From contig JBFWWG010000020.1 of NCBI GenBank assembly GCA_050246315.1, forward strand, positions 1 through 35,948: 35,948 nucleotides of DNA, given 5' to 3'. Positions 10,701 to 18,917 of this stretch are shown here, one piece after another. Both the position numbers and the translations under genes were made by a program. The DNA is from Nitrospiraceae bacterium (GTDB lineage Bacteria > Nitrospirota > Nitrospiria > Nitrospirales > Nitrospiraceae). Under the pieces are notes generated by a model. That model did no database searches. It saw only the letters and a list, made by a program, of their open reading frames with translations, and was not told the DNA's origin. Each line of letters opens with the position of its first letter. The stretch's first letter is position 1.

Positions 10701-10990
10701 TTGATGTCGAAGTCCACACGGAGCGTCATCTGGCCGTTATTGGCGTTCACCGAGTACATGTAGATCATGTTGTCCACCCCGCTCACTTGCTGCTCGATGG
10801 GAGTGGCGACCGACTGCTCCACCGTGACGGCGTCGGCGCCGACATAGGTGGCGGTCAACATGATTTCCGGCGGAGCGATGTTGGGGAACTGAGCGATCGG
10901 GAGTTGGACCAGCGCGATGATGCCGACGATCGTCATGACGATGGAGATCACCATCGCGACGATCGGTCGGTTGATGAAAAACTTCGCCAT
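7760..10990 (-). CDS. RND efflux permease, HAE1 (AcrB/MexF-like)
   Basis: MAKFFINRP, GLVVDDAIVVVE, AKNAILIVEFA, RLRPILMT; 1076 aa. Confidence 0.97.
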   Translation of the reverse strand: MAKFFINRPIVAMVISIVMTIVGIIALVQLPIAQFPNIAPPEIMLTATYVGADAVTVEQSVATPIEQQVSGVDNMIYMYSVNANNGQMTLRVDFDIKTRPNDDQILAQMRYAQAESQLPPEVKNFGVTVKKATTSPLALFSLYSPKGTYDNIWLSNYAYVNINDPMTRVPGVGQVQVFGAGQYAMRFWVRPDVLAKLGITVPEIVDAIKKQNTVNPAGQIGAEPVPQGQEFTYSVRAQGRLQDEGQFGQIVIRANADGSLVRLKDVARIELGAQMYNMISRMNGRPAALIAIYQLPGSNAIDTMDRATKLMEEMKERFPGDLDYVVSLDTTQAVREGIKEIVTTLWEALVLVIIVVFVFLQGWRATLIPMLAVPVSLVGAFTVFPLLGFSINTLSLFGLVLAIGLVVDDAIVVVEAVEHHIEHGLSPKEASLKAMEEVSGPVVAIALILAAVFVPTAFIPGITGRLYQQFAVTIAVSVVISAFNALTLSPALSALLLRPRQETRGPMGLFFNWFNRWFGRATDGYVGLCGYFIRKAGRSMVFLVLVSVLAGLLGARLPSGFLPIEDQGYLYLNVQLPVASSLQRTDQVAKKIEQILKESPGVQFASAVVGFSLLSTASTTYNAFFFVTLAPWHERTKPEEGLRAIFQHLNRELKQLPEAVAFAFPPPAIPGVGTSGGVTFVLEDRSGKDVGFLAEQTERFMEAVRKRPEIASVNTTFIPSVPQVFARVDREKVLKQGVNLGDVYQTLQAFMGGSMVNYFNRFGRVWQVYLQSEGEFRTKAENVGQFYVRNADGAMVPLSTLVTMETIYGPEFTMRFNEYRSAQLLVSAAPGYSSGQAMAALEEVFADTMPREMGYDYLGMSFQEKVAAEGVPASVIFGFSLLFVFLILAAQYESWSLPFSVLLGTPIAVFGAFGALWLLGLENNVFTQIGLVMLIGLAAKNAILIVEFAKVEYEKGKSISDAALAGARLRLRPILMTAFAFIFGLLPLVFSSGAGAASRIMLGITVLGGMLTASLIAIFLIPVTFYVVEKLSHRHDHPKPGAPPPGALNSAGDGRSPQVAPRPEPLPAHARLEGEH

Positions 10991-12168
10991 CAGCCTGCGG
11001 TCTTGTCAGGAGATCCTTCGACCGGCTTGGGGTTCACGGTCATCCCGGCCTTGATCTTTTGGAAGCCTTCGACCACGACCTGCTCGCCGGGCTTCAGTCC
11101 GTGATCGATGACCCACCGGCCCCCGACACGTTCTCCGACTTTGACTGGGCGGACCTCGACCTTCTTCTCCGCATCGACCACGGCGATCTGATACTGGCCC
11201 TGCAACTCAGCCACGGCCCGCTGCGGGACCAACAGTGCACCCGCCTTCGTCTTCGTGATCGCCCGAACGCGGGCAAACAGCCCGGGACGGAGCAGGTTGC
11301 CGGGATTCGGGAAGACCGCCGCAACACGGATCGTGCCGGTCTTGACATCCACCTGACGGTCCGCGAGCAGAAAGTTGCCCTTGTGCGGGTAGACCGATCC
11401 GTCGGCCAGGATCAATTCGAGTTGGTCGTCGCGCTGTTCATCTGCGTGTTCGTAGCGCGCCTGCACCCTCTCGGCTCCCCGCAGGTATTCTTGTTCGCTG
11501 ACCGGAAAGTAGACGCGGATCGGATCGACGGTCGAAAGCGACGCGAGCGCGCCGGTGCTGGGACCGACCAGATCGCCGATCTGCGCCTTGGCGATCCCGA
11601 TAATGCCGTCGATGGGCGCCTCGATTTTGGTGTAGCCGAGGTTCAACTGGGCTTGCTGCACCGAGGCACGGGCGGAGGCAAGCGAGCCTTTGGCCGAGGC
11701 GTGGGCCTGAATCGAGTCGTCTAATTCCTTCTGGCTGATCGCCTTGGCTTTCGCAAGCGGGGTGTCGCGTTTGACGTCCATCTCCGTCTTCGCCAGTTGC
11801 GCTTGGGCTTGACTGAGTTGGCCTTGCGCCTCCGCCAAGGCGGTCTGGAAGGGTCGCGGATCGATCTCGAACAGCAGGGTGCCTTTTCGCACGAACGCGC
11901 CTTCCTTGAAGTTTCGACTGATGAGGTAGCCGGTCACCTTGGCCTCGATCGTGGCATTGACCAGGCCATCCGTGGTGCCGATCCACTCCGAATGGATCGG
12001 GAGGTCTTGCTCCACGACCGTAGTTACCAAGACCTCCGGGGCGGTCTGCGCGGCGGTCTGAGCCTCCTTCTTACAGCCGGAGGCGGCAGCCATGATTGCA
12101 AGGAAGATGAACAGGAGTGACAGCGGTGCGGTCATAGGGGCCATGATCCTAAAGGAAGTCGTTAGCAT
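10990..12168 (-). CDS. RND periplasmic adaptor (membrane fusion protein)
   Basis: Lipobox ASGC, LFEIDPRPF, YTKIEAPIDG, LRPGLF, LLVPQRAV. TGATG coupling to the permease. Start may be 12168 or 12144. Confidence 0.93.
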   Translation of the reverse strand: MLTTSFRIMAPMTAPLSLLFIFLAIMAAASGCKKEAQTAAQTAPEVLVTTVVEQDLPIHSEWIGTTDGLVNATIEAKVTGYLISRNFKEGAFVRKGTLLFEIDPRPFQTALAEAQGQLSQAQAQLAKTEMDVKRDTPLAKAKAISQKELDDSIQAHASAKGSLASARASVQQAQLNLGYTKIEAPIDGIIGIAKAQIGDLVGPSTGALASLSTVDPIRVYFPVSEQEYLRGAERVQARYEHADEQRDDQLELILADGSVYPHKGNFLLADRQVDVKTGTIRVAAVFPNPGNLLRPGLFARVRAITKTKAGALLVPQRAVAELQGQYQIAVVDAEKKVEVRPVKVGERVGGRWVIDHGLKPGEQVVVEGFQKIKAGMTVNPKPVEGSPDKTAG

Positions 12169-12349
12169 AAACAACTTGCGGTCTTGAAAGGAAGAGGGTG
12201 TGCGGCGCCGCGGAGGCATTCCTTCCTGGTGGACAAGCCCTACCCGACCCTGCGCTCATGATGTGGGACCGGTTGAGATGGGGCCGAGCGGATGCTCCCT
12301 GTTGATGGCAACTCGACAAAGCCCGCGCTCGCCAACTCGCCAATATGGG

Positions 12350-12369
12350 AACTGTCAGAATTGACAGGT
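12350..12369. promoter_or_regulatory. Palindromic operator AACTGTCAGAATTGACAGGT (box 2), upstream of the RND operon
   Basis: Perfect CTGTCA-N4-TGACAG about 180 bp upstream of the adaptor gene. Confidence 0.7.
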
Positions 12370-12384
12370 TCTCAAGCACATTAT

Positions 12385-12863
12385 CCCGGATTCCACAGTT
12401 GACCCTCGTTGAGATAAGATGGGCGGCCACCTTCTTCGCTACGTTCAGGAGTTTTTGCATGCGCGTTCGTCCGGTCCCTGCATCGATGCGGTACCCGAAG
12501 CTCCGCTTCGCGTTGACGGACCATCCGATCACGGTCTGGGCAGGAGCCATTCTGCTCCGCCTGTCCGACGAACTGATCGGGCTGCGCGCGGCGCTCATCA
12601 CCCTGCTGACGCCGTTCGCGAAGTCCCCCGACAGTCAGATTCCAGCCATCAACGTGCTGCTCGTCTGGTGGTATGGGTTGGCGTTGGAGGCTGAGCGGTT
12701 CGAGCATTTCACGCACTACCGTCGGGACCTGCTGCTCCCGCGCTTACCGGGCTTGCCGCGCTTCCCTTCGCCCGATACCCTGCGGCGCTTCTTTCACGGC
12801 TTCACGTACCAGCGGGCCACCAAGCTGTCCGAGGCCTCGATGGGCCTCTCCCTGGACGCCACG
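12385..12863 (+). mobile_element. IS1380-family insertion sequence remnant (left end plus N-terminal transposase fragment)
   Basis: ORF from ATG 12459 (AGGAG RBS) reads ...TDHPITVWAGAILL...GLPRFPSPDTLRRFF, as in IS1380 transposase N-termini, and ends before the DDE catalytic region. CCCGGATTCCAC at 12385 resembles IS1380-family left ends. Confidence 0.7.
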
Positions 12864-13037
12864 GAGCTGGGAGTAAAAAAGAAAGCGCGCAAGGGCGGCT
12901 CCTTCCTCTGCACGGACCAGTACTGCGTGCGGTATCTCGCCGGCGGCCGGGGAAAAGGCGAGCCGAACACGGGAACCAACCATCTGAGATTTCGGCTCGT
13001 GCAAGAAGTCAGACCGAAGATGTCGGCATGCGCATGA
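12864..13037 (+). pseudogene. 3' remnant of a formylglycine-generating enzyme (FGE/SUMF1, sulfatase-modifying factor)
   Basis: KGGSFLCTDQYCVRYLAGGRGKGEPNTGTNHLRFRLV matches the FGE catalytic C-terminus (GGSxxC-x4-CxRY...NxGFR). Its stop overlaps the next ATG (ATGA). Confidence 0.8.
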
Positions 13038-14242
13038 GTGACCCGCGATCGAATACAAGCGATCGGAACCAGACCGGCGCTAGCTCCTCGGTTGAGTTCC
13101 CTCTCTTCATCGGCGGCCCCCTGTACCGGCTGCAGCAGCGGATCCGTGTCGCTCAACCGGATCGGCGCCGCCTAGGACTGACCGCGCTGTACGCACTGTT
13201 CGTCGCCTGGGTTCCGATGGTCATCCTCTCGGCGTTGCAAGGGCTGACGATCGGACCGACACGCCTCGAATCGTTTCTGATGGATTTCGAGGTGAACGTG
13301 CGGTTTCTGGTCACGATGCCGGTCCTCCTGTTCGCCGAGTCCACATGTGGAGCCCGACTCAGGCCCATTGTGAGGCAGTTCCTGGATGCGAACCTCGTCA
13401 TCAACGAGGCACGAGACCGCTTCGAAGACCTGATTCAGGATACCGTTCGGCTCAGCCATTCCGGTCGGGCTGAGATAACGCTCTTGGGCTTCGCTTATCT
13501 GCACACCCTCATCGCTTTTGTCTACATCCTCGACTTTCCGGATTCCACCTGGCGACTGCCTGTGGAGAACGGGCGCCACGTCTTGTCGCTTGCAGGAGGC
13601 TGGTATTTCCTGGTGGCGTTCCCCTTGTATTCGCTGCTGCTCTTGAGATGGCTCTGGCGGATCGCCTTATGGTGGCGGCTCTTGTGGAAGGTCTCGAGGC
13701 TGGAGCTGCAACTGTCACCCGCCCATCGTGACGGGGCAGGCGGGTTGGGCTTTCTCAGTGAGTCGTTGTCGGCGTTTGCCCTCTTCGCCTTTGCGACGAC
13801 GGCGACCACCGCCGGAGGCACAGCCGACTTCATCGTCTACGAAGGAGACACGATTGCGCAGTATCAATGGGAAATCGGGGGCTTGGTGACCTTCCTCCTG
13901 CTGTTGATCGCCGGCCCGTTGCTGTCATTCATCCCCAGACTGAACGAAGCGAAGGAGTCGGCGGCGTTTCGATACGGCGCATTGGCGAGCCGCCATATCC
14001 AGCAAGTGGACCGCAAATGGCTTACGGGTGAGCCGGCGGGCACCGACATCGGGCTCGATTTTCGAGCCGTGGCGCACATGGGCGCGTCGGTGGCCGCCGT
14101 GCGGGAGATGTCCACGACCCCGCTTTTCAAAGACGATGTCCTGAAACTCCTCCTCACCGCACTGCTTCCGTTTGCTCCGCTCCTGGCCACGCTCGTGCCG
14201 ATGGATGAGGTACTGAATCTCCTCCTGAAGGTCCTTGTGTAA
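13034..14242 (+). CDS. Hypothetical multi-pass membrane protein
   Basis: About 8 hydrophobic segments; motifs GGPLYRL and HRDGAGGLGFL. Confidence 0.85.
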   Translation: MSDPRSNTSDRNQTGASSSVEFPLFIGGPLYRLQQRIRVAQPDRRRLGLTALYALFVAWVPMVILSALQGLTIGPTRLESFLMDFEVNVRFLVTMPVLLFAESTCGARLRPIVRQFLDANLVINEARDRFEDLIQDTVRLSHSGRAEITLLGFAYLHTLIAFVYILDFPDSTWRLPVENGRHVLSLAGGWYFLVAFPLYSLLLLRWLWRIALWWRLLWKVSRLELQLSPAHRDGAGGLGFLSESLSAFALFAFATTATTAGGTADFIVYEGDTIAQYQWEIGGLVTFLLLLIAGPLLSFIPRLNEAKESAAFRYGALASRHIQQVDRKWLTGEPAGTDIGLDFRAVAHMGASVAAVREMSTTPLFKDDVLKLLLTALLPFAPLLATLVPMDEVLNLLLKVLV

Positions 14243-14274
14243 CGATCCTCTGCCCTGCTGGCATCAATATTCTG

Positions 14275-14372
14275 TCAGCGGTCCCACACGAGTCGGCCGC
14301 CAGCGCCCGATTGAGAGCCTGTACCATTTTCAGATGAGCGGGTTGATTCTCGTTGAGACCGGTGCCGAAATA
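14275..14372 (-). pseudogene. Diverged duplicate of the last ~32 codons of the 15171-15599 gene
   Basis: TGLNENQPAHLKMVQALNRALAADS versus TGLNEDQPAHLRMVQALNRALAADS. One base is missing just before the original stop. Confidence 0.85.
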
Positions 14373-14388
14373 GCGTCCCACAAATTTT

Positions 14389-14891
14389 GGTTCTTCCGGC
14401 TTTCGTGTGGGTAGCGAGGATAGCCCTTATCGCCTCGGCTGCCGAAGGCCGGGCGTCTCCGGGCCTTGCCCTTTGGTCGCCGCGCCTCTTCTCATGTCGT
14501 CCTGGTGGTCGCCGCGCCGGAGGGCGAAGCCGGAGCTCGAAGCCGGCGCGGCGACACCCGAGCCCGGCACCTGACTGGCTTGCGCCCGCCCGGGCCGCGG
14601 CCCTCCGCGCGCCGCCCTTCCAGCCTCGCCTCACGCCTGTCCCGGGGAGCAGAGCGAGGGAGGCCCGCTCGCATTGCCGGAGGATCGGGGCCCCACCGAG
14701 GGCAGGGCAGGAAGGAAAGCTGGACGTGACCGATGCCCCACGGTCGCCAGACCGTGGCGGAGCGAATTCCAGAAGGGTTCCGCCTGCGGAGCCCCGGACG
14801 GGTCGATCCGGGAGGCGTGAGAGCGGGCGTCCCCTCGCCCGCGCCGAGGGTGTGGGTTTTACAAGCAACCCACACGATTTCCGGAAGAGCC
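14389..14891. mobile_element. Non-autonomous ISL3-type element (MITE), 503 bp
   Basis: TIRs GGTTCTTCCGGCTTTCGTGTGGGTAGC / GGCTCTTCCGGAAATCGTGTGGGTTGC (22/27 identical). Perfect 8-bp direct repeat CAAATTTT at 14381-14388 and 14892-14899. No transposase inside. Confidence 0.88.
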
Positions 14892-15060
14892 CAAATTTTG
14901 TTCATAGCCCCTTCGCCCTGAGCTCGTCGAAGGGCTCACCACGAACGAATCTTTGGTCTGGTCAGAAGCATTGCCGGTAGCACAAGCATGAGCGGTGTCG
15001 GGCGGCCAGTGAGTCTCCTCATGTGAGGACACCTATTGGGAAGAGCAGAAAAGGAAGGAA

Positions 15061-15085
15061 GCGGCAGCCGCACGGCGGCTGCCGC
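15061..15085 (-). terminator. Probable intrinsic terminator downstream of the DUF3015-like gene
   Basis: 11-bp perfect stem GCGGCAGCCGC / GCGGCTGCCGC with a 3-nt loop, followed on the minus strand by TTCCTTCCTTTT. Confidence 0.55.
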
Positions 15086-15170
15086 GAAAACTGTATCGTC
15101 GGAACTCCCACCTGTGGAGGCGGGATGCTTTATAGAATGACTGGAAGGTCCTGCTCAGGGACTGAACAGC

Positions 15171-15599
15171 TTACCGGTTCCAAAACGAATCGGCCGCTAG
15201 GGCCCGATTGAGAGCCTGCACCATTCTCAGATGTGCAGGTTGATCCTCGTTGAGACCGGTGCTGAAGAGGTCCGAGTGGCGATTCTGGACCAGCCGCGTG
15301 AATTCTCCATGCCGAGCGACCGGGATGTCGTAGAGGTAGGCCAGGGATGTCAAATATTCGCCACCACCCGCCGCCGATTCTTGACGGAGGTTCTCATAGG
15401 CCACGCCGGTGAACAGGTTGATCTTCTGTTCTTGCCTGACCAAACCATCCTCCGTGAGAAGCGCGCCCGGCGTGGTGCTTGAGAGGAAATTCGAGGTCGA
15501 GTCCAAGGTGGCCTTTGTCGTGCCACAGGCGGAGAGAGTCAGGCCCAGAATCATGATTCCCATGACCTCCAGCAGTCGGTGGCGAAGTGTGGTCGTCAT
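15171..15599 (-). CDS. Lipoprotein, DUF3015-like
   Basis: Lipobox LSAC; YENLRQESAAGGGEYLTSLA resembles the DUF3015 core; AGGAGGAG RBS. Confidence 0.75.
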   Translation of the reverse strand: MTTTLRHRLLEVMGIMILGLTLSACGTTKATLDSTSNFLSSTTPGALLTEDGLVRQEQKINLFTGVAYENLRQESAAGGGEYLTSLAYLYDIPVARHGEFTRLVQNRHSDLFSTGLNEDQPAHLRMVQALNRALAADSFWNR

Positions 15600-15772
15600 A
15601 GCTCCTCCTCCTTGGGGTTAGGTAGTTGTCCGTGAATGTGGGTATGTGCCATAGATGGAGGGAATTGTCAAAGGCATCCCTCACCATCATGCGATTTACG
15701 GGGCTGTCGCTCTGACTGGCCGTCTGAGGCCGAGCGGCGAGCGTGCCATGCCACAATTCGGGGGTCACAAAT

Positions 15773-16799
15773 TGGGGTCAGGCATGCATATTGACTTATT
15801 GAGCAGGCTCAATTGCCGATGGCTTGACGTACGCGGGCTTCCAATGTCTCATCGCGATGCAGGGCATAGGCCGATGCCAAGCGGCTGATCATTGAGGGAT
15901 CCCGGTGCAGTCTGCGACCCAGTTCCTGCGTGCTCATCCGACCCCATTCGCGTGCCAGGAAGACCAACAGCGCGCGGACCGGCACGTGGGCCCGTTGCCG
16001 ACCCGGGGCGACGAGCGTCTTGGGAGTCACCGCACAGACCTCGGCCACGGCGGTCAGGAGCGTCCCAAACGTCGCATGTGGTGCCTGGACGGTCCTTATT
16101 TGGGTCGTGGCCGTCCGGCGCTGGACCTTGGCAATGAAGCGCGTATCACCCAGCATCTGTTGGTCCACCGTGTCGTAGAACCGATCCTCGTGACCCAGCC
16201 CCACCCCTTCCCGCATGAATTGCCGATAGGCCCGTCGAGCTGGCCCCATCTGTCGATGAAAGGCTTCCAACACCGCTGCGGTGCTGATCTCCACAGGACC
16301 AGGCTGTCCAAGATAGGCGGCATGGCTACTCCAGGGATAGGTCCAGGGGCTCAGAGGGGCCCGCATGCGGGCTGGATTCAGATGGAGATACCGCACCAAT
16401 TCAAGCAAGTAGGCGTCGCGATCGCATAAAATGGCCTGGTAGCGGCCTTGAAAGACGTGCCCGCTCTTGTCGTAGCGGCGATTGTAGTATTGGCTATAGG
16501 TGAACTGGAGGGTCTGCATGGTGCGGGACAGGGGGCGCTCTCCTGTCTCGATCAACAGATGAACGTGATTGGGCATGAGCACATAGGCATGCACCTGTAC
16601 CCCATCACGCCGCCGATAGCGTTCCAACCGTTCGAGGTATGCAGTGTAATCAGCCCGCTCATGGAAAATCGGCGCACGCCGGTTGCCGCGGGCGATGACA
16701 TGGTAAATTCCGCCAGGGAAGTCAATGCGTGGTTTGCGCGCCATGCGGGCAAGGATACTCGGAGATGCCGCAATAAATCAATACTCAGGCCTGACCCCA
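15773..16799. mobile_element. Y1/HUH (RAYT-type) gene unit bounded by 29-bp inverted repeats
   Basis: TGGGGTCAGGCATGCATATTGACTTATTG (15773-15801) versus reverse complement of 16771-16799, TGGGGTCAGGCCTGAGTATTGATTTATTG: 25/29 identical. Confidence 0.8.
15809..16744 (-). CDS. REP-associated tyrosine transposase-like HUH (Y1) protein with C-terminal DnaA_C-like HTH
   Basis: YHVIARGN, MPNHVHLL (HUH), GHVFQGRY, YLHLNP (catalytic Tyr), YPWSS. C-terminal RALLVFLARE...STQELGRRLHRDPSMIS. Confidence 0.92.
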   Translation of the reverse strand: MARKPRIDFPGGIYHVIARGNRRAPIFHERADYTAYLERLERYRRRDGVQVHAYVLMPNHVHLLIETGERPLSRTMQTLQFTYSQYYNRRYDKSGHVFQGRYQAILCDRDAYLLELVRYLHLNPARMRAPLSPWTYPWSSHAAYLGQPGPVEISTAAVLEAFHRQMGPARRAYRQFMREGVGLGHEDRFYDTVDQQMLGDTRFIAKVQRRTATTQIRTVQAPHATFGTLLTAVAEVCAVTPKTLVAPGRQRAHVPVRALLVFLAREWGRMSTQELGRRLHRDPSMISRLASAYALHRDETLEARVRQAIGN

Positions 16800-16832
16800 T
16801 TTCATGTGACTCGGCCATCCGCCCGGACGCCT

Positions 16833-17837
16833 CTACGGGTCAAACCCAAAGACCCGCCTCCAGTCGTGCTTCATATCCACGACCGTCCAGCCCTTCTGAT
16901 TCGCCTCGTCCAGCGCCTTGTCCAGTTTGCCGATGGGCGAGGTGCGGTCGTAGACCCACTCGCGTTCGGCATCCGTATGATGGACGAGGCCCATGAAACG
17001 CGCCCCCGCGCCGGCCGCCGTCCATTGCAGCATCTCATGATCCCCGTCCGAATTGCCGAATGCGAAGATCGGCCGGCGCCCGATGAATTTCTGTATCCCG
17101 ATGGGTTTCCCGGCCTTGTCATCGATAAAGTCCACGGCAGGCAGTTTCATCAGGACGGGTTTGCCGTCACGCAGTTCGAATTTCTGCTTGCCCACGCTCC
17201 CGACGACTTGTTCGGGCGGAATGCCATACACCTTTTCGGCAAAGGCACGCATGAACTCCACGCCCCCGCCGGAGACGATGAACGTCTTGAAGCCGTTGGC
17301 GCGCAAATAGGCGAGCAGTTCCAGCATCGGCTGATAGACCATGTCGGTATAGGGTCGATTGAACCGCGGATGCCTCGCGGTAGCCAGCCAGTCCTTGACG
17401 ATCCCCTCGAACTCATCCGTCGTCATGCCGCTGTGCGAAACGGCCAGGACCTCCAGCATCGCCTGCTCCCCTCCTGTCGCAATGGCCTCCTTGTCGCCTT
17501 CCAGCAGTGCGTTGAAAAGCTGTTTCGTCTTCCACTCGGGGTGTTGCGGCGCCAAGGCCTTCACGCGGTCGAGGGCGAAGAGGAACTGGAAATACATCGG
17601 CTGCTCGGCCCACAGCGTGCCGTCGTTGTCGAACACGGCGATGCGTTCGGCCGGCGGAACGAAATCGGCGCGGCCCTCCGCCGTCACACGGGCGACAAAG
17701 TCCGTGATGGTCTTCTTGGCCGGACCGTCATGCCAAGATGGGAGCGGATCGTCGAGGGCCAGGGCTATGCCGGGTAGTGCGGCGAGCAGCACAATCACAA
17801 TAAGACATCGTGCCGGCAGGATTTTTGAGGTCCTCAT
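16833..17837 (-). CDS. Secreted HAD-superfamily hydrolase (phosphatase)
   Basis: Signal peptide ending ALA; FDNDGTLW (motif I), IVSGG, GKP, FGNSDGD. Confidence 0.92.
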   Translation of the reverse strand: MRTSKILPARCLIVIVLLAALPGIALALDDPLPSWHDGPAKKTITDFVARVTAEGRADFVPPAERIAVFDNDGTLWAEQPMYFQFLFALDRVKALAPQHPEWKTKQLFNALLEGDKEAIATGGEQAMLEVLAVSHSGMTTDEFEGIVKDWLATARHPRFNRPYTDMVYQPMLELLAYLRANGFKTFIVSGGGVEFMRAFAEKVYGIPPEQVVGSVGKQKFELRDGKPVLMKLPAVDFIDDKAGKPIGIQKFIGRRPIFAFGNSDGDHEMLQWTAAGAGARFMGLVHHTDAEREWVYDRTSPIGKLDKALDEANQKGWTVVDMKHDWRRVFGFDP

Positions 17838-17952
17838 GAGTCCTCTCTCCCTCTTTGGTGATCCATGCTAACGCGAAGGGCAGATCGTCGCGTCATCCAT
17901 ACAGGTCACGTGCGGTTGACGGCTTAGTATATCCAGTGATACGGTTAGCCAT

Positions 17953-18198
17953 ATGAAAACAACCATACATATACCAGACAGCCTATTCGAGGAGGCACGC
18001 AAGTTGGCCCATCGAGAGCGGACAACGCTGAAAGCCTTGGTGGAACAGGGACTTCGCCGAATCGTCTCAGAACGGAAACGCCGCAGCGGATTTCGCCTCC
18101 GTAAGGTCACCTTCAAGGGACAAGGTCTACACCCTCATCTGGCCGGAGCCTCCTGGGAACAGCTTCGCGAGTTGAGCTACGAAGGGCGTGGCGGATGA
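17953..18198 (+). CDS. vapB: VapB-type ribbon-helix-helix antitoxin
   Basis: MKTTIHIPDSLFEEARKLA...LVEQGLR; ATGA overlap with a PIN toxin gene. Confidence 0.88.
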   Translation: MKTTIHIPDSLFEEARKLAHRERTTLKALVEQGLRRIVSERKRRSGFRLRKVTFKGQGLHPHLAGASWEQLRELSYEGRGG

Positions 18199-18629
18199 TC
18201 GCCGTCGATAGCAACGTGCTGGTGTATGCCCACCGCGAGGACGCTCCCTGGCACGAGGTCGCCTATGCTCGTATCCTTCAACTGGCCGAGGGACAAGCAC
18301 CCTGGGCCATCCCATGGCCATGCATTCACGAGTTTCTCGCCATTGTAACCCACCCCCGCATTTATGCTCCCCCGACACCGCTGGAAACGGCGGTGGATCA
18401 AGTGGAGGCCTGGATGGAATCGCCGAGTCTTGTCCTCCTCTCTGAATCGGAGAGCTATTGGGAGCAACTTCGCGCCATCATCCAGGCTGCGCGAGTATCC
18501 GGTCCACAAGTCCATGATGCAAGAGTGGCGAGCCTTTGTCACCAGCACGGGATAGACGAGTTATGGACAGCGGATCGGGATTTCGGTCGGTTTCCCGGGC
18601 TCAAGACTCGAAATCCCCTGGTCGCCTAA
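18195..18629 (+). CDS. vapC: VapC PIN-domain toxin
   Basis: MIAVDSNVLVYA, EFL, VHDARVA, TADRDF acidic PIN residues. Confidence 0.92.
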   Translation: MIAVDSNVLVYAHREDAPWHEVAYARILQLAEGQAPWAIPWPCIHEFLAIVTHPRIYAPPTPLETAVDQVEAWMESPSLVLLSESESYWEQLRAIIQAARVSGPQVHDARVASLCHQHGIDELWTADRDFGRFPGLKTRNPLVA

Positions 18630-18639
18630 GTCGCCGACT

Positions 18640-18917
18640 ATTCCCCGTTCCGTTATCCATTAGCAGCCCACTGCTCTTTAAGAGATCGGTGGTGCTCCCA
18701 CCGCCTGTCAGCCCGACATCGCCGGCCTTTGCTGCGGCCTCAGCTTCTATACCGGCATGCCACTTGCCATCGGCCAGGTCGCGAAGCTTGTCGAGGTCTT
18801 GAAAGACCAGCACGATCTTTTCCACTCGTCCGCCCCAACCGGCGCCAAGAATTCCTATCAAATCAAAGCAAGAATCAGGAGCAGGTTACCGAGTGCCGTT
18901 CCTCTTGAACCGTGCAT
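18640..18917 (-). pseudogene. Internally deleted, frameshifted paralog of the 27293-27880 SYLF-like lipoprotein
   Basis: ATG 18917 gives MHGSRGTALGN (compare MRASRRMALGK). A 5-bp tandem duplication TTGAT shifts the frame. ILGA is then joined directly to GWGGRVEKIVLVFQDLDKLRDLADGKWHAG, nearly identical to the intact copy; diverges after DLLK. Confidence 0.88.

Noticed and set aside
9722..11104. 460-aa plus-strand ORF (and similar ones at 16725-17777 and 21762-23009)
   Set aside because: Antisense shadows of well-supported genes, expected in GC-rich DNA.
14275..14980. Two 197-aa ORFs on opposite strands
   Set aside because: Arg/Pro/Ala/Gly-rich read-through of the GC-rich MITE interior; no RBS or motifs.
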